Shown: piece after piece, positions 1-10,987 of the stretch
Layout: each line of letters begins with the position of its first letter
Numbering within the stretch: the first letter of the stretch is position 1
NCBI GenBank assembly: GCA_039799905.1
Contig: JBDLRP010000021.1
Coordinates: forward strand, 224,001-288,000
Direction of reading: 5' to 3'
Source of the DNA: Pseudomonadota bacterium
Lineage (GTDB): Bacteria; Bdellovibrionota_B; Oligoflexia; Silvanigrellales; Silvanigrellaceae
DNA length: 64,000 nucleotides
Position numbers and translations under genes: made by a program
The notes under the pieces: model-generated
Told to the model about the DNA's origin: nothing
The model's database searches: none
Seen by the model: only the letters and a program-made list of their open reading frames with translations

Positions 1-351
1 GCGACAGCCGGCAAGGCAAATGCGCAAGGTATAATAAATACTGAACAATATCAGGAATTATTCATAAATGCCGGTTATAGCGCGCTTTTTGGTGCGGCGC
101 TCGGAACCGCCGTACTCCCATTCCTGCCCTCAAGTTCAATCTCGAACCTGCGCGTGATTGCCGGAGGGGCTTCAATTGGCTTTGTCGCTGGGAGCATTAT
201 GGCTCTCTACAATTTGAGACAGCAGCAAAATTACGGAATGCAATACTACCCAGAAGTTGCTCCTGAGGCCGACGGTGCGGGGCAATGGCAATGGGACATC
301 GGCAGCTCGACCGGAAAAGATGTCTTCGTAAAGATGGACTCACGCTTTTGA
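1..351 (+). CDS. Hypothetical membrane/exported protein, 5'-truncated by the window edge
   Basis: Frame 1 is open from base 1 to TGA at 351 (ATAGKANAQ...YSALFGAALGTAVLPF...IAGGASIGFVAG...MDSRF), with glycine-rich hydrophobic helices. Confidence 0.65.
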   Translation, partial: ATAGKANAQGIINTEQYQELFINAGYSALFGAALGTAVLPFLPSSSISNLRVIAGGASIGFVAGSIMALYNLRQQQNYGMQYYPEVAPEADGAGQWQWDIGSSTGKDVFVKMDSRF

Positions 352-419
352 GCTGCTTTTAAACGGCAACTTGGTCTGCTAAACGTTCTCCTTGAAAAAA
401 AACAACGCGGGGAACTTCC

Positions 420-1517
420 ATGACAACCCACTATTTCAGCCCTGGACCGGCATCACTGCCATCGGCAGTGCGTGAACTCATTCGCCACGAATTGCTTGAC
501 ACCTTTGGAATCGGCGTCAGCGTCATGGAAATCTCGCACCGCTCGAAACACTATGAAGCCCTCAATGACGAAACTCTTCGATTGGCGCGCGATATTCTTG
601 AAGTACCCGCGTCCCACAAATTGTTGCTGACGCCATTCGGGGCTCAGCAGCACTTTTCCCTGCTGCTAAACCATCTGTCTCTTCCCAACGACACTGTCGC
701 CTACACGGAAACAGGCGTCTGGGCTCACTTGGCAACACTTGACGCGCAGGCAGCAGGCCGCAATGTGGCGGTTGTCTTTGACGGTGGTCCAAAGCTCGAC
801 TCGCTCGGTGAGCCTGCCCAATGGCAAATTCCACAGAACTCAAAATACCTTCACCTGACCGTGAACAACACGGTCGAGGGGACCGAATATCAGACGCTTG
901 ATTTTGCCGGCAATACGCCACTTGTACTCGATATGACGAGCGCGCTTGCTTCACGACGCGACATCCCGTGGGACAAGACAGCCCTGATATACGCAAGTGC
1001 ACAAAAAAACTTTGGTATCGCCGGTTGTTCGATTGTCATCATCCACAACGATTACTTTGAGCGCGCGCGCGAAACTGCAAAGAAAAACAATCTCGGCAAC
1101 GCTCTCAATTACTGCTCAATTTTCGATGCAAAAAGTATTTTAAACACCCCTCCGGTTTTCCCGATCTACGTTTGCAACCGGTACTTCCACTGGATGAAGT
1201 CGGTCGGCGGAGTGGAGACCATGGAAAGGTGGGCGCAGGAGCGCGCGCGGCTGGTATACTCGGAGCTAGATGGAGAGTTCTACAAAGGCCATGCGGTCAC
1301 CAACAATCGTTCACGGCATAATTTTGTGTTCAAACTGCCAACACCGGAGCTCGACGCCCTGTTCATAGCAGAGGCTCAGAAGGAAGGAATTCTCGAGGTC
1401 AAGGGCTACCGCACACTCGGCGGTATCCGCGCATCGATGTACAATGGCATCAGCATTGAATCAGCAAACTTCTTTGCACATTTTATGCGCCATTTCAGAA
1501 AGAAACACGGTTCATAA
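420..1517 (+). CDS. serC: Phosphoserine aminotransferase
   Basis: FSPGPA, SVMEISHRS, NNTVEGTE, PLP lysine in SAQKNFG, NTPP, KGYRTLGGIRASMYN; 365 aa. Confidence 0.95.
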   Translation: MTTHYFSPGPASLPSAVRELIRHELLDTFGIGVSVMEISHRSKHYEALNDETLRLARDILEVPASHKLLLTPFGAQQHFSLLLNHLSLPNDTVAYTETGVWAHLATLDAQAAGRNVAVVFDGGPKLDSLGEPAQWQIPQNSKYLHLTVNNTVEGTEYQTLDFAGNTPLVLDMTSALASRRDIPWDKTALIYASAQKNFGIAGCSIVIIHNDYFERARETAKKNNLGNALNYCSIFDAKSILNTPPVFPIYVCNRYFHWMKSVGGVETMERWAQERARLVYSELDGEFYKGHAVTNNRSRHNFVFKLPTPELDALFIAEAQKEGILEVKGYRTLGGIRASMYNGISIESANFFAHFMRHFRKKHGS

Positions 1518-1518
1518 A

Positions 1519-1833
1519 ATGAAGGGCAGCCTGCGCAACGTTCGCTCCGAAATCCGGCTCGCATTCCACGAATGGAGAGGCCTGCTCGGAGAATCCCTCA
1601 GTTATGAACTGCAAAAACGGGTGATTGATTCGCAAATACTCGGACCCGCCCACTCCTCTTTGCGCATGATCGAGGAAAACGTCAAACAGATCGCATCGCG
1701 AGGCTTTGCAGCTCGCGTGAAGCTCACTAGGATCATGGTGAGGATGACTTCAGCCGCGCTGAACAACAACAGAGAAGCTCTGCAGCTCGCCCTGAATGAC
1801 TTGATCGAACTCGGAAAGAAGGTCTCACAGTGA
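1519..1833 (+). CDS. Hypothetical helical protein
   Basis: ATG 2 nt after the serC stop; stop overlaps the next start (operon-like packing). Confidence 0.6.
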   Translation: MKGSLRNVRSEIRLAFHEWRGLLGESLSYELQKRVIDSQILGPAHSSLRMIEENVKQIASRGFAARVKLTRIMVRMTSAALNNNREALQLALNDLIELGKKVSQ

Positions 1834-2624
1834 TGCAGGACAGCACCCGCGTGAAAAAAACTGCTGAGTCAGCTCACGACGCAGGAACGGACAAAAAACG
1901 CGGGGCCGCGTTCAAGCCCGTTCCCGCCAGCATAAAACTCGATTTGTTCGGCGATTTATTGAAGTTTTCCAAGAAGTCCTCTGCGGTCGTTTCATTCCGA
2001 AAATTCGACCAATTGGCAGTTTTTCTCGCACAAAAACCCAGAGAAGAGCGAATACTCATTTATAAAATGTTTTGCGGCCTCAGCCTGACGGCGCACGCAC
2101 GGCGGACACCTGAAACTGCCGAGAGAAAGAAAATATTTGACCTGAAAAACAAGCTGTTCATCTCGATTGCAAATGATCCGAACATGCGAAAAATGACCAA
2201 TCTGCGCATCGGTGTCAGCAAGCGTTTCAAAGTCATTTCCTATTGCGCCGAATGCACAGAGAAAAATACAAACGAAAAAATCCCGGCTCGCGAATGGAAA
2301 TTCTGCCACAAATGCAAAATTGATAGAAACTATTACAACATAATCAGCATGCAGCATAAATTCAGTGAAGGTTCAGCGGCGTTATTTTTAGGCCAAGAAC
2401 ACCTTGAATCGCTTCATTTTCACAAAATGATAAAAAAAGTTCCTCTAGCACAGATTGTTGAGGAAATGAGTTTTGCGAAATACAAATTTTCGCCCAAAAC
2501 CCTCATTTCAATTGAAATTGAAAGTCTTCGGCAAACCGCACTCAAGCTTCTCGAGCTGAGTGTCAAAATCTCCGGACCGACTCCTCAGCCCCGAATTGAC
2601 GGCCCCAAACCGGTAAAGAGGTGA
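1830..2624 (+). CDS. Hypothetical basic protein with a putative zinc ribbon
   Basis: 264 aa, Lys-rich, paired CAEC...CHKC motifs. Confidence 0.7.
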   Translation: MMQDSTRVKKTAESAHDAGTDKKRGAAFKPVPASIKLDLFGDLLKFSKKSSAVVSFRKFDQLAVFLAQKPREERILIYKMFCGLSLTAHARRTPETAERKKIFDLKNKLFISIANDPNMRKMTNLRIGVSKRFKVISYCAECTEKNTNEKIPAREWKFCHKCKIDRNYYNIISMQHKFSEGSAALFLGQEHLESLHFHKMIKKVPLAQIVEEMSFAKYKFSPKTLISIEIESLRQTALKLLELSVKISGPTPQPRIDGPKPVKR

Positions 2625-2630
2625 ATTGCT

Positions 2631-3749
2631 ATGGCAAGTCCGGCCGCCCTGATGCTCGCGTTTTCGCCCTTTTCAGGTGATGCATCGCCAACATCAATGG
2701 GACTTGGACACGAACAGTTGATTCAGACTGAAAATGCCTGTGGAGCCTTTTGCCTCAGTTCAGCAAACGTTCAATTCGACAACACGATGCACGCGAGTTT
2801 TTCGCAGGCTCAGGCTCCGCAAAAGAAGGCATTGACTGATGCGTCTGTTGCAGCAAATCCGATCGACGTGACGACCTACAATGTGAGTTGGCACCCTTTC
2901 TATGACGCTGTTGTCTCGACAGGATATCGAACGACAGTCCGAAGCGCCGAACGATCGACGGCCGGCAAGGTTGTCAAAAGAATGCACGCCTCGACCCAAG
3001 AGATTCCCGTTTCCGTCGCTGCCCGCCCGTTTGAGGGTTTCTCAATCGGCGGACGTTTTGTGATCCGAAATATTGAACTCAAACAGGAGACCTCGGCTGG
3101 TGCGCTGGGCAAGTCCGATTCGCACACGGTGACGGCAAATCGCTGGTCAGCGGATGCGCTGTGGCAAAGAAGCGAATCGACGGGATATGGAATTTCCTAT
3201 ATTTTCCCGACACTGAATCAGATGACTGCAAAGAGCCCAAACTCTGGGACGCTCACCTCAGTTGCCACTCCACAATGGACCGACCCACAGGAGTTTTCGT
3301 TCTCGCTTGCGCAATTTTCCAGCATCACTCCTCCACCGGGTGTCACTTTCGGCCCGTTTGAAAATGTTTTTCACGCATCCATTTCCGCTGTCACCTGGGA
3401 AACCGGAAGTCCGACAACTTATGCCGCACTTGTCACAACGAACGTTGGAAAAGACGGATGGAATCTGAACGACACCTCCGGCCAGACGAATGAGTACGTC
3501 TTCGACACGCTCGATCCGAGCCTTTCGGCAAGTGTGGGTCTCGAAAGCACATGGATGCGTGCAGCATTGGGAAGCATTTCAACCATGACGCACATCAGGC
3601 TGAATCACCTTGCCGCAAAAACCAATTCCACCGGCTGGCAGGGAGGTTTTGGAATCAGTCTGTCGACCCCATATGTTTCGCTGCAAGCAGCGACTCTGTT
3701 GCGGGACGAAGACGCAGGTTATGCTTTCGCACTTTCCTCATCGTTTTGA
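2631..3749 (+). CDS. Hypothetical exported protein, probable outer-membrane beta-barrel
   Basis: Signal-like N-terminus, Ser/Thr-rich alternating strands, C-terminal YAFALSSSF ending in Phe. Confidence 0.6.
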   Translation: MASPAALMLAFSPFSGDASPTSMGLGHEQLIQTENACGAFCLSSANVQFDNTMHASFSQAQAPQKKALTDASVAANPIDVTTYNVSWHPFYDAVVSTGYRTTVRSAERSTAGKVVKRMHASTQEIPVSVAARPFEGFSIGGRFVIRNIELKQETSAGALGKSDSHTVTANRWSADALWQRSESTGYGISYIFPTLNQMTAKSPNSGTLTSVATPQWTDPQEFSFSLAQFSSITPPPGVTFGPFENVFHASISAVTWETGSPTTYAALVTTNVGKDGWNLNDTSGQTNEYVFDTLDPSLSASVGLESTWMRAALGSISTMTHIRLNHLAAKTNSTGWQGGFGISLSTPYVSLQAATLLRDEDAGYAFALSSSF

Positions 3750-3873
3750 ATCATCCCAAAATAAGCCGAGTAGCCCGCCACAGGAAATCTATAACGTCAT
3801 TTCACGCACAAGCACTTCACGACAAACGAATGATTATTCCCTAGAATCAAGCTGAACAACGGAGTCAGCGCAG

Positions 3874-6387
3874 ATGTTCAAAAAAATCTTGTTGATAGCC
3901 TTCCTCGGAAGTGCGGTTGTCGTTGTTGCGACTTCCGCGGCCGGCGGAATCTACGTCTACAAATACGTTGAAAAAGTCGAAAAGACTTTGCCGGCTGTGG
4001 ATGTACTCAAAACCTATTCGCCCGCAGTTCCGACGCAGATCTACAGCAGCGAAGGAACAAAAATCGGCGAGCTTTTTGAAGAAAAAAGATATCCCGTTGA
4101 GCTTTCGGACATTTCTCCGCTATTGGTCAAAAGCTTTTTGGCCTCGGAAGATGCTCGCTTCTACGAACACTCGGGAATCGACCCGCAGGGACTCATGCGC
4201 GCAGCGATCTCCCATTTTCTCAAATCCGGCCCGAAGCAGGGTGGCAGTACAATCACCCAGCAGTTGGCAAAGAATGTCCTGCTGACACGTGAGCGGACCA
4301 TTGAACGCAAGGTTAAAGACATCCTTCTTGCGCTGAAAATTGAAAAAGCCTTCAGCAAAAACGAAATTATTGAAATGTATCTGAATACAATTTTTCTCGG
4401 CAACAACTCCTATGGAGTGGAAGCAGCCGCGCGCAATTACTTCCGCAAATCATCAAAGAAGTTGAAATTGGCTGAAGCTGCGATGATCGCAGGTCTGGCA
4501 CCTGCGCCTTCCGTTTATGCTCCGACTGAAAATTTTGACAAAGCAAAGGCCAGACAGAAATTTGTGCTCGACCGCATGGTGCAAAATGGCTGGGCCAGCA
4601 AAAGCGATGCAGATGCGGCCTATGCCGAACCGCTGAGCGTGCATTTTGCGGAAACACCTAACACGCGCTCTGCTCCCTACTTTCTCATGGAAGTCAAAAA
4701 ACAGCTGGAAACGTCGCTCAAGCTGCCCGACCTGCTCACTTCCGGTTACAAAGTTCAAACTTCCCTGAATCTGCAGCTGCAGAAATTCGCCCAAAAAATC
4801 GTATCCGGTTACCTTGAGCAATTTGAGACGAAGAAGGCTTTTCGCAAACCCATCCAAAAGCATGGCGCACAATATCAGACGGCGTTGGACAAACTGGCCC
4901 GCAGCGGCTGGTCGCCTGAAGAAGAAGAGGACATGCGTGGAATCATCATTGACCTCAACCCTTCTCTCGACGTGGCGCTCATCGCGACACAAACAGGTGT
5001 CGGCTTTTTGCTGGCTGAGGACCACCGCTGGGCATTGCGCGCGGCTGCAAGTAAGAAATCCAGCAACATAATGGACTTCGCAGATGTTCTTGCTATCGGC
5101 GACGAAGTTCACATAAAAAAAGTTGACTCGAGAGCTCCGAAAAGATTGGGCAAGACGGCCCGCTTTTTTGCCGAGCATGGCGAGACTCTCAAGTTATTCG
5201 GTGTGACGGAAGAAACAGTTCAACCTGCCTTTTACCAACTGACCGACACAGAGGGCATCGAGGCCGCAGCGGTCGTTATGGACGCGCAATCAGGCGACAT
5301 CCTGTCGATGGTCGGTGGAAGCGGATTTCAAAACAGCCAATTCAACAGAGTCACGCAGGCTTTGCGGCAGGTCGGAAGCAGCGTCAAACCGCTCTACTAC
5401 GGCCTCGCCCTGGATCATGGTTTTTCGCCAGCCTCTCGCATCGACAGTCCCCCTATCGTCATCGGTGACTGGAAGCCCGAGAACTATGACAAGGAATTCA
5501 CAGGCAGAACAAATTTCCGAACCTCAATGGTTCACTCCTACAACATCAGCAGCATCCAGCTCTTCAAAGCACTCGGACTTAGCCTCAGCGGTGAACATTT
5601 TAAAAGACTTGGTTTGCCTTGGGATGACGTCAATCTGGCTCATGCTCTAGGTGCGGGTTCGGCAACGGTTCTGCAAATGACTCAGGCGTATTCTCCCTTC
5701 GCCAATTCAGGCCGTCTGACAGAAGCGCGCTACATCAAGTCTATCGAAAATCGCAGCGGCGAAGTGATTGTCAATGGCAACGATCGCAGGCTTCTCGCCG
5801 CTCCAGTCCGACGAAATGCAGCAGCGCAGACTGACGCTGTTCAGGACTCACTGCAGGTGCTGTCCCCGGCCGCCTCGTACGTCATGGTACGCGTGATGCA
5901 GGACGTCATACGCTTTGGAACCGGAACTCGCGCGCAGGGCATCCCACATGCAGCGGGCAAGACAGGAACGACCAACGGTTACACGGATGCTTGGTTCATT
6001 GGCGTCACACCACGGCTCGTCTGTGCCGTTTGGGTTGGATTTGACGATGCGCGTAAAAGTCTCGGAACAGAAGGCTCCGGTGGTAAAATGGCGGCCTCGC
6101 TCTGGAAACAAATCATGGAGGGGGCAATCAAATTGTATCCCTCTTCCGAATGGAGCATTCCACCGAACATCGTCAGCGTACGTGTCGGGTTTGGCGGAGA
6201 ACGCGCAGGCACTGGCGGGATTGTGATGCCGGCCGTTGCAGGAAGCGAACCAGGGAGCCCACGCGCGCGCGATGCACTGGGACTTGATTTGGGCTCACCT
6301 TTCACCGGAGCAGCACCGGATTCAGCAGAGAACGAACCGAAAGCAGAAAATCACGACGACAGCACATCCCTCAGAAGAATGTTCTGA
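3874..6387 (+). CDS. mrcA: Class A penicillin-binding protein 1A (transglycosylase/transpeptidase)
   Basis: Transglycosylase motifs EDARFYEHSGID, GGSTITQQLAKN, RKVKD; transpeptidase SSVK, SYN, KTGT; N-terminal TM helix. Confidence 0.93.
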   Translation: MFKKILLIAFLGSAVVVVATSAAGGIYVYKYVEKVEKTLPAVDVLKTYSPAVPTQIYSSEGTKIGELFEEKRYPVELSDISPLLVKSFLASEDARFYEHSGIDPQGLMRAAISHFLKSGPKQGGSTITQQLAKNVLLTRERTIERKVKDILLALKIEKAFSKNEIIEMYLNTIFLGNNSYGVEAAARNYFRKSSKKLKLAEAAMIAGLAPAPSVYAPTENFDKAKARQKFVLDRMVQNGWASKSDADAAYAEPLSVHFAETPNTRSAPYFLMEVKKQLETSLKLPDLLTSGYKVQTSLNLQLQKFAQKIVSGYLEQFETKKAFRKPIQKHGAQYQTALDKLARSGWSPEEEEDMRGIIIDLNPSLDVALIATQTGVGFLLAEDHRWALRAAASKKSSNIMDFADVLAIGDEVHIKKVDSRAPKRLGKTARFFAEHGETLKLFGVTEETVQPAFYQLTDTEGIEAAAVVMDAQSGDILSMVGGSGFQNSQFNRVTQALRQVGSSVKPLYYGLALDHGFSPASRIDSPPIVIGDWKPENYDKEFTGRTNFRTSMVHSYNISSIQLFKALGLSLSGEHFKRLGLPWDDVNLAHALGAGSATVLQMTQAYSPFANSGRLTEARYIKSIENRSGEVIVNGNDRRLLAAPVRRNAAAQTDAVQDSLQVLSPAASYVMVRVMQDVIRFGTGTRAQGIPHAAGKTGTTNGYTDAWFIGVTPRLVCAVWVGFDDARKSLGTEGSGGKMAASLWKQIMEGAIKLYPSSEWSIPPNIVSVRVGFGGERAGTGGIVMPAVAGSEPGSPRARDALGLDLGSPFTGAAPDSAENEPKAENHDDSTSLRRMF

Positions 6388-6395
6388 GGCTTCTA

Positions 6396-7946
6396 TCAAG
6401 CCTTCCCGCCGGTGCCGCCACCCTGAATCACTTTGGACAAATCTTCGACCAGCGTCTTGAGTTGCTCGGCCTGAACTTGCAGCTTCTCAGAAGCCTGCGC
6501 CGACGAGTCGGCTGACATGGCATTGTTCTGGGTCGTTTGGTCGAGCTGATTCAGCGCGCTGCTGATTTCGGAAATTCCCTGCACCTGCTCCTCGCTTGCT
6601 GAGGAAATCGAACTTGTCACTTCATTCACTTTGCTGATGGCCTCGATGATTGAATCGAAGACTTTGCCGGCGCTGTCGGCAAGGCGTGCGCCCTGCTCTG
6701 CAGTTTCGGTGCTCTCGGAGATCAGCTTGGTGATGTCAGTCGCTGCTGCAGACGTTCTTTGTGCAAGTGTTCGCACAGCATCGGCAACCACGGCGAAGCC
6801 CTTGCCCTGCTCACCCGCTCTCGCAGCTTCGACGGCCGCATTCAGAGCCAACAGGTTTGTTTGGAAGGCAATATCGTTGATGAGGCTGGTAATCTCCCCG
6901 ACGCGCCGAGAGCCTTTGTGAATTTCACCCATTGAGGAAATCAGCTCGCGGATTTCCTTTTGTCCTTGCCGTGCGGTTGTCTCGGCAGACTGTGCGACCT
7001 CGGCGCCTTGCCGTGCGCTCTCGGAATTCTGCGAAACAATCCGCGAGAGCGCCTCGATAGCAGCCACAGTTTCTTCGAGCGACGCAGCAGCTTCGTTTGC
7101 AGCAGATGCAACACTCGAGCTGACCTCGTTCATCTGCCGGCTTGCTTCCGCAATTTCCTCACCCGATGAACCCAAGGAGCGCGACACACTCCAAAGTTTG
7201 TTCATCGGTGTCCTCACCAAAAAGAGGCCGATGATGAGTGCAAGGGAGGTAAACACCGCCCCACCCATCGCAATGTTGCGCGTGGTCACTGCGGTAATTT
7301 CATCAACATGCTTCATGTTGAGGGTAACAGTATAAGCGCCGCGGAGCGTGCCATTTTTGAGGTCTTCCATTGGATAACCAAGGATGTCCTTGCCATTGTT
7401 ATAAGGGCTCGTCGACGGATGCCCATGACACAGTAAGCACCCCTGCTTTTCTTGGATACGAACCGGACGAGTCATGCTGAAGAACTTGCCGTCTGGTGAT
7501 TTTTCTACGACCTCTTTCAAAAACGGGTCCTGCTCGAAAGTACGCAGCACTTCCATTTCCTCTGGTGAAGCCTTGTGCTCTTCACGGCGGGGTGAGTCTG
7601 AAAATATGCGGAACTTGTATCCGTCAGTCTTTTCGCCTGAGTATCCCATGCTGAAAAGCACATAGACAGGGACGGCCTTGAGAAGTTTTTCCTTATGTTC
7701 CTTTGGCAGATTGCCGTCTGGGAACTTGGTTTTCGTCTGTTCGATGAGTTCCGACAAGACGCCCATCTCGCCCACATAATTCTGTGCCTCTTCAATGCGC
7801 GAGAGGATGGCACCGGACTTCTCCAACAGTGCCTGCTCGGCGTTGTCGTGAACCAAATAACGAGCAACAAAAATCGCTGAGAGTGTGCACAAAACACACG
7901 ATGCGAAGATGACACTCAAAACTTTGGTGCGAAAAGTCAGTTTCAT
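6396..7946 (-). CDS. Methyl-accepting chemotaxis protein with a periplasmic c-type haem (DUF3365/Tll0287-like) sensor
   Basis: Two TM helices; CLLCH (CxxCH) followed by GTLRGAY; MCP hairpin [34 protein letters not shown] before ATG 7946. Confidence 0.92.
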   Translation of the reverse strand: MKLTFRTKVLSVIFASCVLCTLSAIFVARYLVHDNAEQALLEKSGAILSRIEEAQNYVGEMGVLSELIEQTKTKFPDGNLPKEHKEKLLKAVPVYVLFSMGYSGEKTDGYKFRIFSDSPRREEHKASPEEMEVLRTFEQDPFLKEVVEKSPDGKFFSMTRPVRIQEKQGCLLCHGHPSTSPYNNGKDILGYPMEDLKNGTLRGAYTVTLNMKHVDEITAVTTRNIAMGGAVFTSLALIIGLFLVRTPMNKLWSVSRSLGSSGEEIAEASRQMNEVSSSVASAANEAAASLEETVAAIEALSRIVSQNSESARQGAEVAQSAETTARQGQKEIRELISSMGEIHKGSRRVGEITSLINDIAFQTNLLALNAAVEAARAGEQGKGFAVVADAVRTLAQRTSAAATDITKLISESTETAEQGARLADSAGKVFDSIIEAISKVNEVTSSISSASEEQVQGISEISSALNQLDQTTQNNAMSADSSAQASEKLQVQAEQLKTLVEDLSKVIQGGGTGGKA

Positions 7947-8120
7947 TTCCAAACCTCGGACTAATGGCGAATCTACAAACTAATATCCGACACATTGAGT
8001 GTAACAACGGACAGTTGAGTTCAAAAGACGCCATTCTCGTCGACCGCCAAAATTACCCGCACTTTTGTTTTTAGTCTTCAACGCATGGCATAACTGCCAT
8101 TGGCAACCGCGAGGATCACC

Positions 8121-10418
8121 ATGGCCGAAATGAAATTTACGACCGACCTTCCGCACTGCGAATTTTTCCTCGCAAGCGAAAACGTGGGCTTTCTTATGCT
8201 CTCCGCTTCTGGAGACATCTACAGAAAGTGGCAGGGACTCACGGCTGGTGAAACGTCGATCCTGGCCGACATCGAGTGGAGCTTCAGACACTGTGACGAA
8301 GACAATTTTTCAAGCGAAGGGCAGAGCAGAACTTGGCTTTCCGCAACACGCACATGCGATTCCATCACGCGTGTCTGGAAACTCGGCTGTGGATGCTCCT
8401 TGAGTCAGGAGTGGAGTTGGCCCGCATTGTCGCAATCCGTGGAAATTAAACATCGCTGGCAGGCGACTCCACAATGCCAGCGCAAAAACTCTCGCCTGAC
8501 GCTCACTCCTCTGTGGACACTGTGTCCGGCAGGCTCTCCGCACGCAGGCGGTGCGATGGCACAAATCACAGATTCTTCCGAGCATCCGGATATTCTCACA
8601 GTTCACTCGCAAACTATTCCAAACAAAATAGAGGTGACCGCGCCTCAATTGAGAAATCAGGCCCGCGGACAATGGCAGCCGCTGAGTGAGCCGGAGCAAA
8701 TTGATCTGTGCACACAACATGATGCTGTGCGTGGCGAAAATCACTGGAGAAGTGTCATAAAAACACATCACTGCGAAGTTACGCTCAAACCCGAGCAGAC
8801 CGCAGGCGTGTGCATCCGCTTCTTAGACGGGCCCGCGCTCAGTGAACCTTTTTCCAAAACAAAATTGGTCCATCCGTTCGCTGATTTTAAAACTACGGAC
8901 AAGCACCAAGAGTGGACGCAGGCCTTTGTAAATTCACAAGTCAGCCTCAATCAGCTTGTGCGCCTGAGGAGCGACGGAACGCTAGGACTGCAAGCAGGAC
9001 TTCCATGGTTTACCCAGTTCTGGACACGCGACCTCTGCCATAGTTTTCGTGCCGCGTTCCTCTGGTCGGGCCGTTTTTCTGACGGCGAAAAACTCATCTG
9101 CGACTTGTGGATGCGCTCGAGTGCGACAATTCCCAACTACACAACTACAACAGCAACAACCAACAATAGTGCTGACGCCTTGCCATTGCTGCTCCTGACG
9201 ACCGCCGATCTGGCCGACGTCACTGGAATCACAGCATTGCTCAACGAACGCCTCAGCATTATTACAGCCCATCTGCGCGCCGGAGCTCAACTCTTTCTCA
9301 AGGGTGAGCTCTTCCGCCACGGCCCCGCAGACACTTGGATGGACGCGCAAAAAACCTCGCCGTCGGGAAAGTTGATTGCCTGCAGCCCGCGTGCAGACCG
9401 TGCGTTCGAAATTCAAGCCTTCTGGCTCGCAGCTCTGTCCCGCTGGTCAGGACTGCTGCTGAGCATCAATGGTTCAGACGATGCCGAGCTTCTTGCTAGC
9501 GCGGTGCAACGCGGAATCAAGACGCTCAGGCAATCTTTTTATTGCATAGAAAAATGCCGCTGGGCTGATCATCTACGCAGCGACGATACAAAAGAACTCA
9601 GCCTGCGACCGAACATATTTCTTGGTTTTTCCGCGCTCCAGCGAGCAGGCATTCTGTCCAAACTCATATCTGAGCAGGAGATAAATCTTGTACTGACGGA
9701 CGCGATCGATGCTGATTTGATTGTTTCTTATGGCGTCAGAACTCTCAGCCCCGATACGTCGATAAGACATCCGTTGCCGATTAACGAGCTCTTTGCCGAA
9801 GAAAGCGCCTACATTCACGAAAATAAAATCCATTTTCATCCCTATCATGAATTTGGATCGCGCAGGGGTTTGGAACATCCGGATTGGGCCTACCACAACG
9901 GAACGATCTGGCCATGGCTCAGTCATTCGGCAGCGCAATTCCTGCTCGGCAGCGAACACGCAGAGCTCGCAATGCAGCTCATGGAAACACTCATCTGGCA
10001 CTCGAACCACGGTTCTCAAGGCGGCGCACTGACAGAACTTCTGGACGGCTTGTCGAGCCATTCGCATTGGAGCTGGCCAAAAGGAGCGCCGCATCAAGCC
10101 TGGAGCGAGGCGGCTCTTATTCACATCTTCTGCGAGGAGCTGCTCGGAATCAGAATTGACAATGCGTCACGACGTCTACATTTGTGCACGCGGCACTGGC
10201 AGAAATTCTCTGAATTCAGTTTCTCTTTGAGTACGCTTCACGCAAGAATAAACATCAGTAAAAAAGCCGAAGAATGCTCGATCGCAATAATCGAATCAAT
10301 TTCACATTCGCCTGAAACAGAGATCCACGTCTCAAATTTCCAGCCTGATAAGCCAGACGTTCAACGCCTTACAATCACGGCAAACACACCTGTCAGCTTC
10401 AAAATCACTTATTCATAA
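8121..10418 (+). CDS. Amylo-alpha-1,6-glucosidase / glycogen debranching enzyme family
   Basis: AGLPWFTQFWTRD, TWMDA, YGVRTLSP, YHNGTIWPWL, QAWSEA; GAGGA RBS before ATG 8121. Confidence 0.85.
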   Translation: MAEMKFTTDLPHCEFFLASENVGFLMLSASGDIYRKWQGLTAGETSILADIEWSFRHCDEDNFSSEGQSRTWLSATRTCDSITRVWKLGCGCSLSQEWSWPALSQSVEIKHRWQATPQCQRKNSRLTLTPLWTLCPAGSPHAGGAMAQITDSSEHPDILTVHSQTIPNKIEVTAPQLRNQARGQWQPLSEPEQIDLCTQHDAVRGENHWRSVIKTHHCEVTLKPEQTAGVCIRFLDGPALSEPFSKTKLVHPFADFKTTDKHQEWTQAFVNSQVSLNQLVRLRSDGTLGLQAGLPWFTQFWTRDLCHSFRAAFLWSGRFSDGEKLICDLWMRSSATIPNYTTTTATTNNSADALPLLLLTTADLADVTGITALLNERLSIITAHLRAGAQLFLKGELFRHGPADTWMDAQKTSPSGKLIACSPRADRAFEIQAFWLAALSRWSGLLLSINGSDDAELLASAVQRGIKTLRQSFYCIEKCRWADHLRSDDTKELSLRPNIFLGFSALQRAGILSKLISEQEINLVLTDAIDADLIVSYGVRTLSPDTSIRHPLPINELFAEESAYIHENKIHFHPYHEFGSRRGLEHPDWAYHNGTIWPWLSHSAAQFLLGSEHAELAMQLMETLIWHSNHGSQGGALTELLDGLSSHSHWSWPKGAPHQAWSEAALIHIFCEELLGIRIDNASRRLHLCTRHWQKFSEFSFSLSTLHARINISKKAEECSIAIIESISHSPETEIHVSNFQPDKPDVQRLTITANTPVSFKITYS

Positions 10419-10504
10419 GATTTGCTGCGTGCAGTCGTGGATAAATTTAGATAAAAAGCAGATGGGATTTATCTGTCTGTCGAACGCCAACAGGGAGGTC
10501 TGCG

Positions 10505-10963
10505 ATGCACCATGATCTCAACATGAACGGACTGCAAAAAGGCAGACCAATCCTTGGTGTGCTGGGCAGGCTGAGCCCACGCAGCGAACATATGGCGAAG
10601 CGGGTTCGGACTTTGTGGAACCATCTGTACAATGACGCCCGTTCGCTGTTCGTCCAGCAGGAAGTGCGGCACGTTCATCCGCGCATCGACGTGCTCGAAA
10701 ACAAAAACCTTTATGACATCCGAGTCGACCTCCCCGGAGTGGATGCTGGATCCATTGATTTGAGGACAGATGGAAAGACATTAACAGTCAAAGCTAAACG
10801 GCAATGCGGTGAGGCCGGAGATTTCAAAATGTCGCACTGTGAGCACAATATCGATATATACGAACGCGGTATTCATCTGGCAGATGATGCGATACCAGAA
10901 GAAAAATCAGCAACATTCGCAGACGGAATTCTCTCCATCAGAGTTCCGCGCAAGGCTGCATGA
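10505..10963 (+). CDS. Hsp20/alpha-crystallin small heat-shock protein
   Basis: PRIDV, VDLPGV, ATFADGILSIRVPR; GGAGG RBS. Confidence 0.88.
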   Translation: MHHDLNMNGLQKGRPILGVLGRLSPRSEHMAKRVRTLWNHLYNDARSLFVQQEVRHVHPRIDVLENKNLYDIRVDLPGVDAGSIDLRTDGKTLTVKAKRQCGEAGDFKMSHCEHNIDIYERGIHLADDAIPEEKSATFADGILSIRVPRKAA

Positions 10964-10987
10964 TTGATGCACAAGGCTTCCCTAGCA

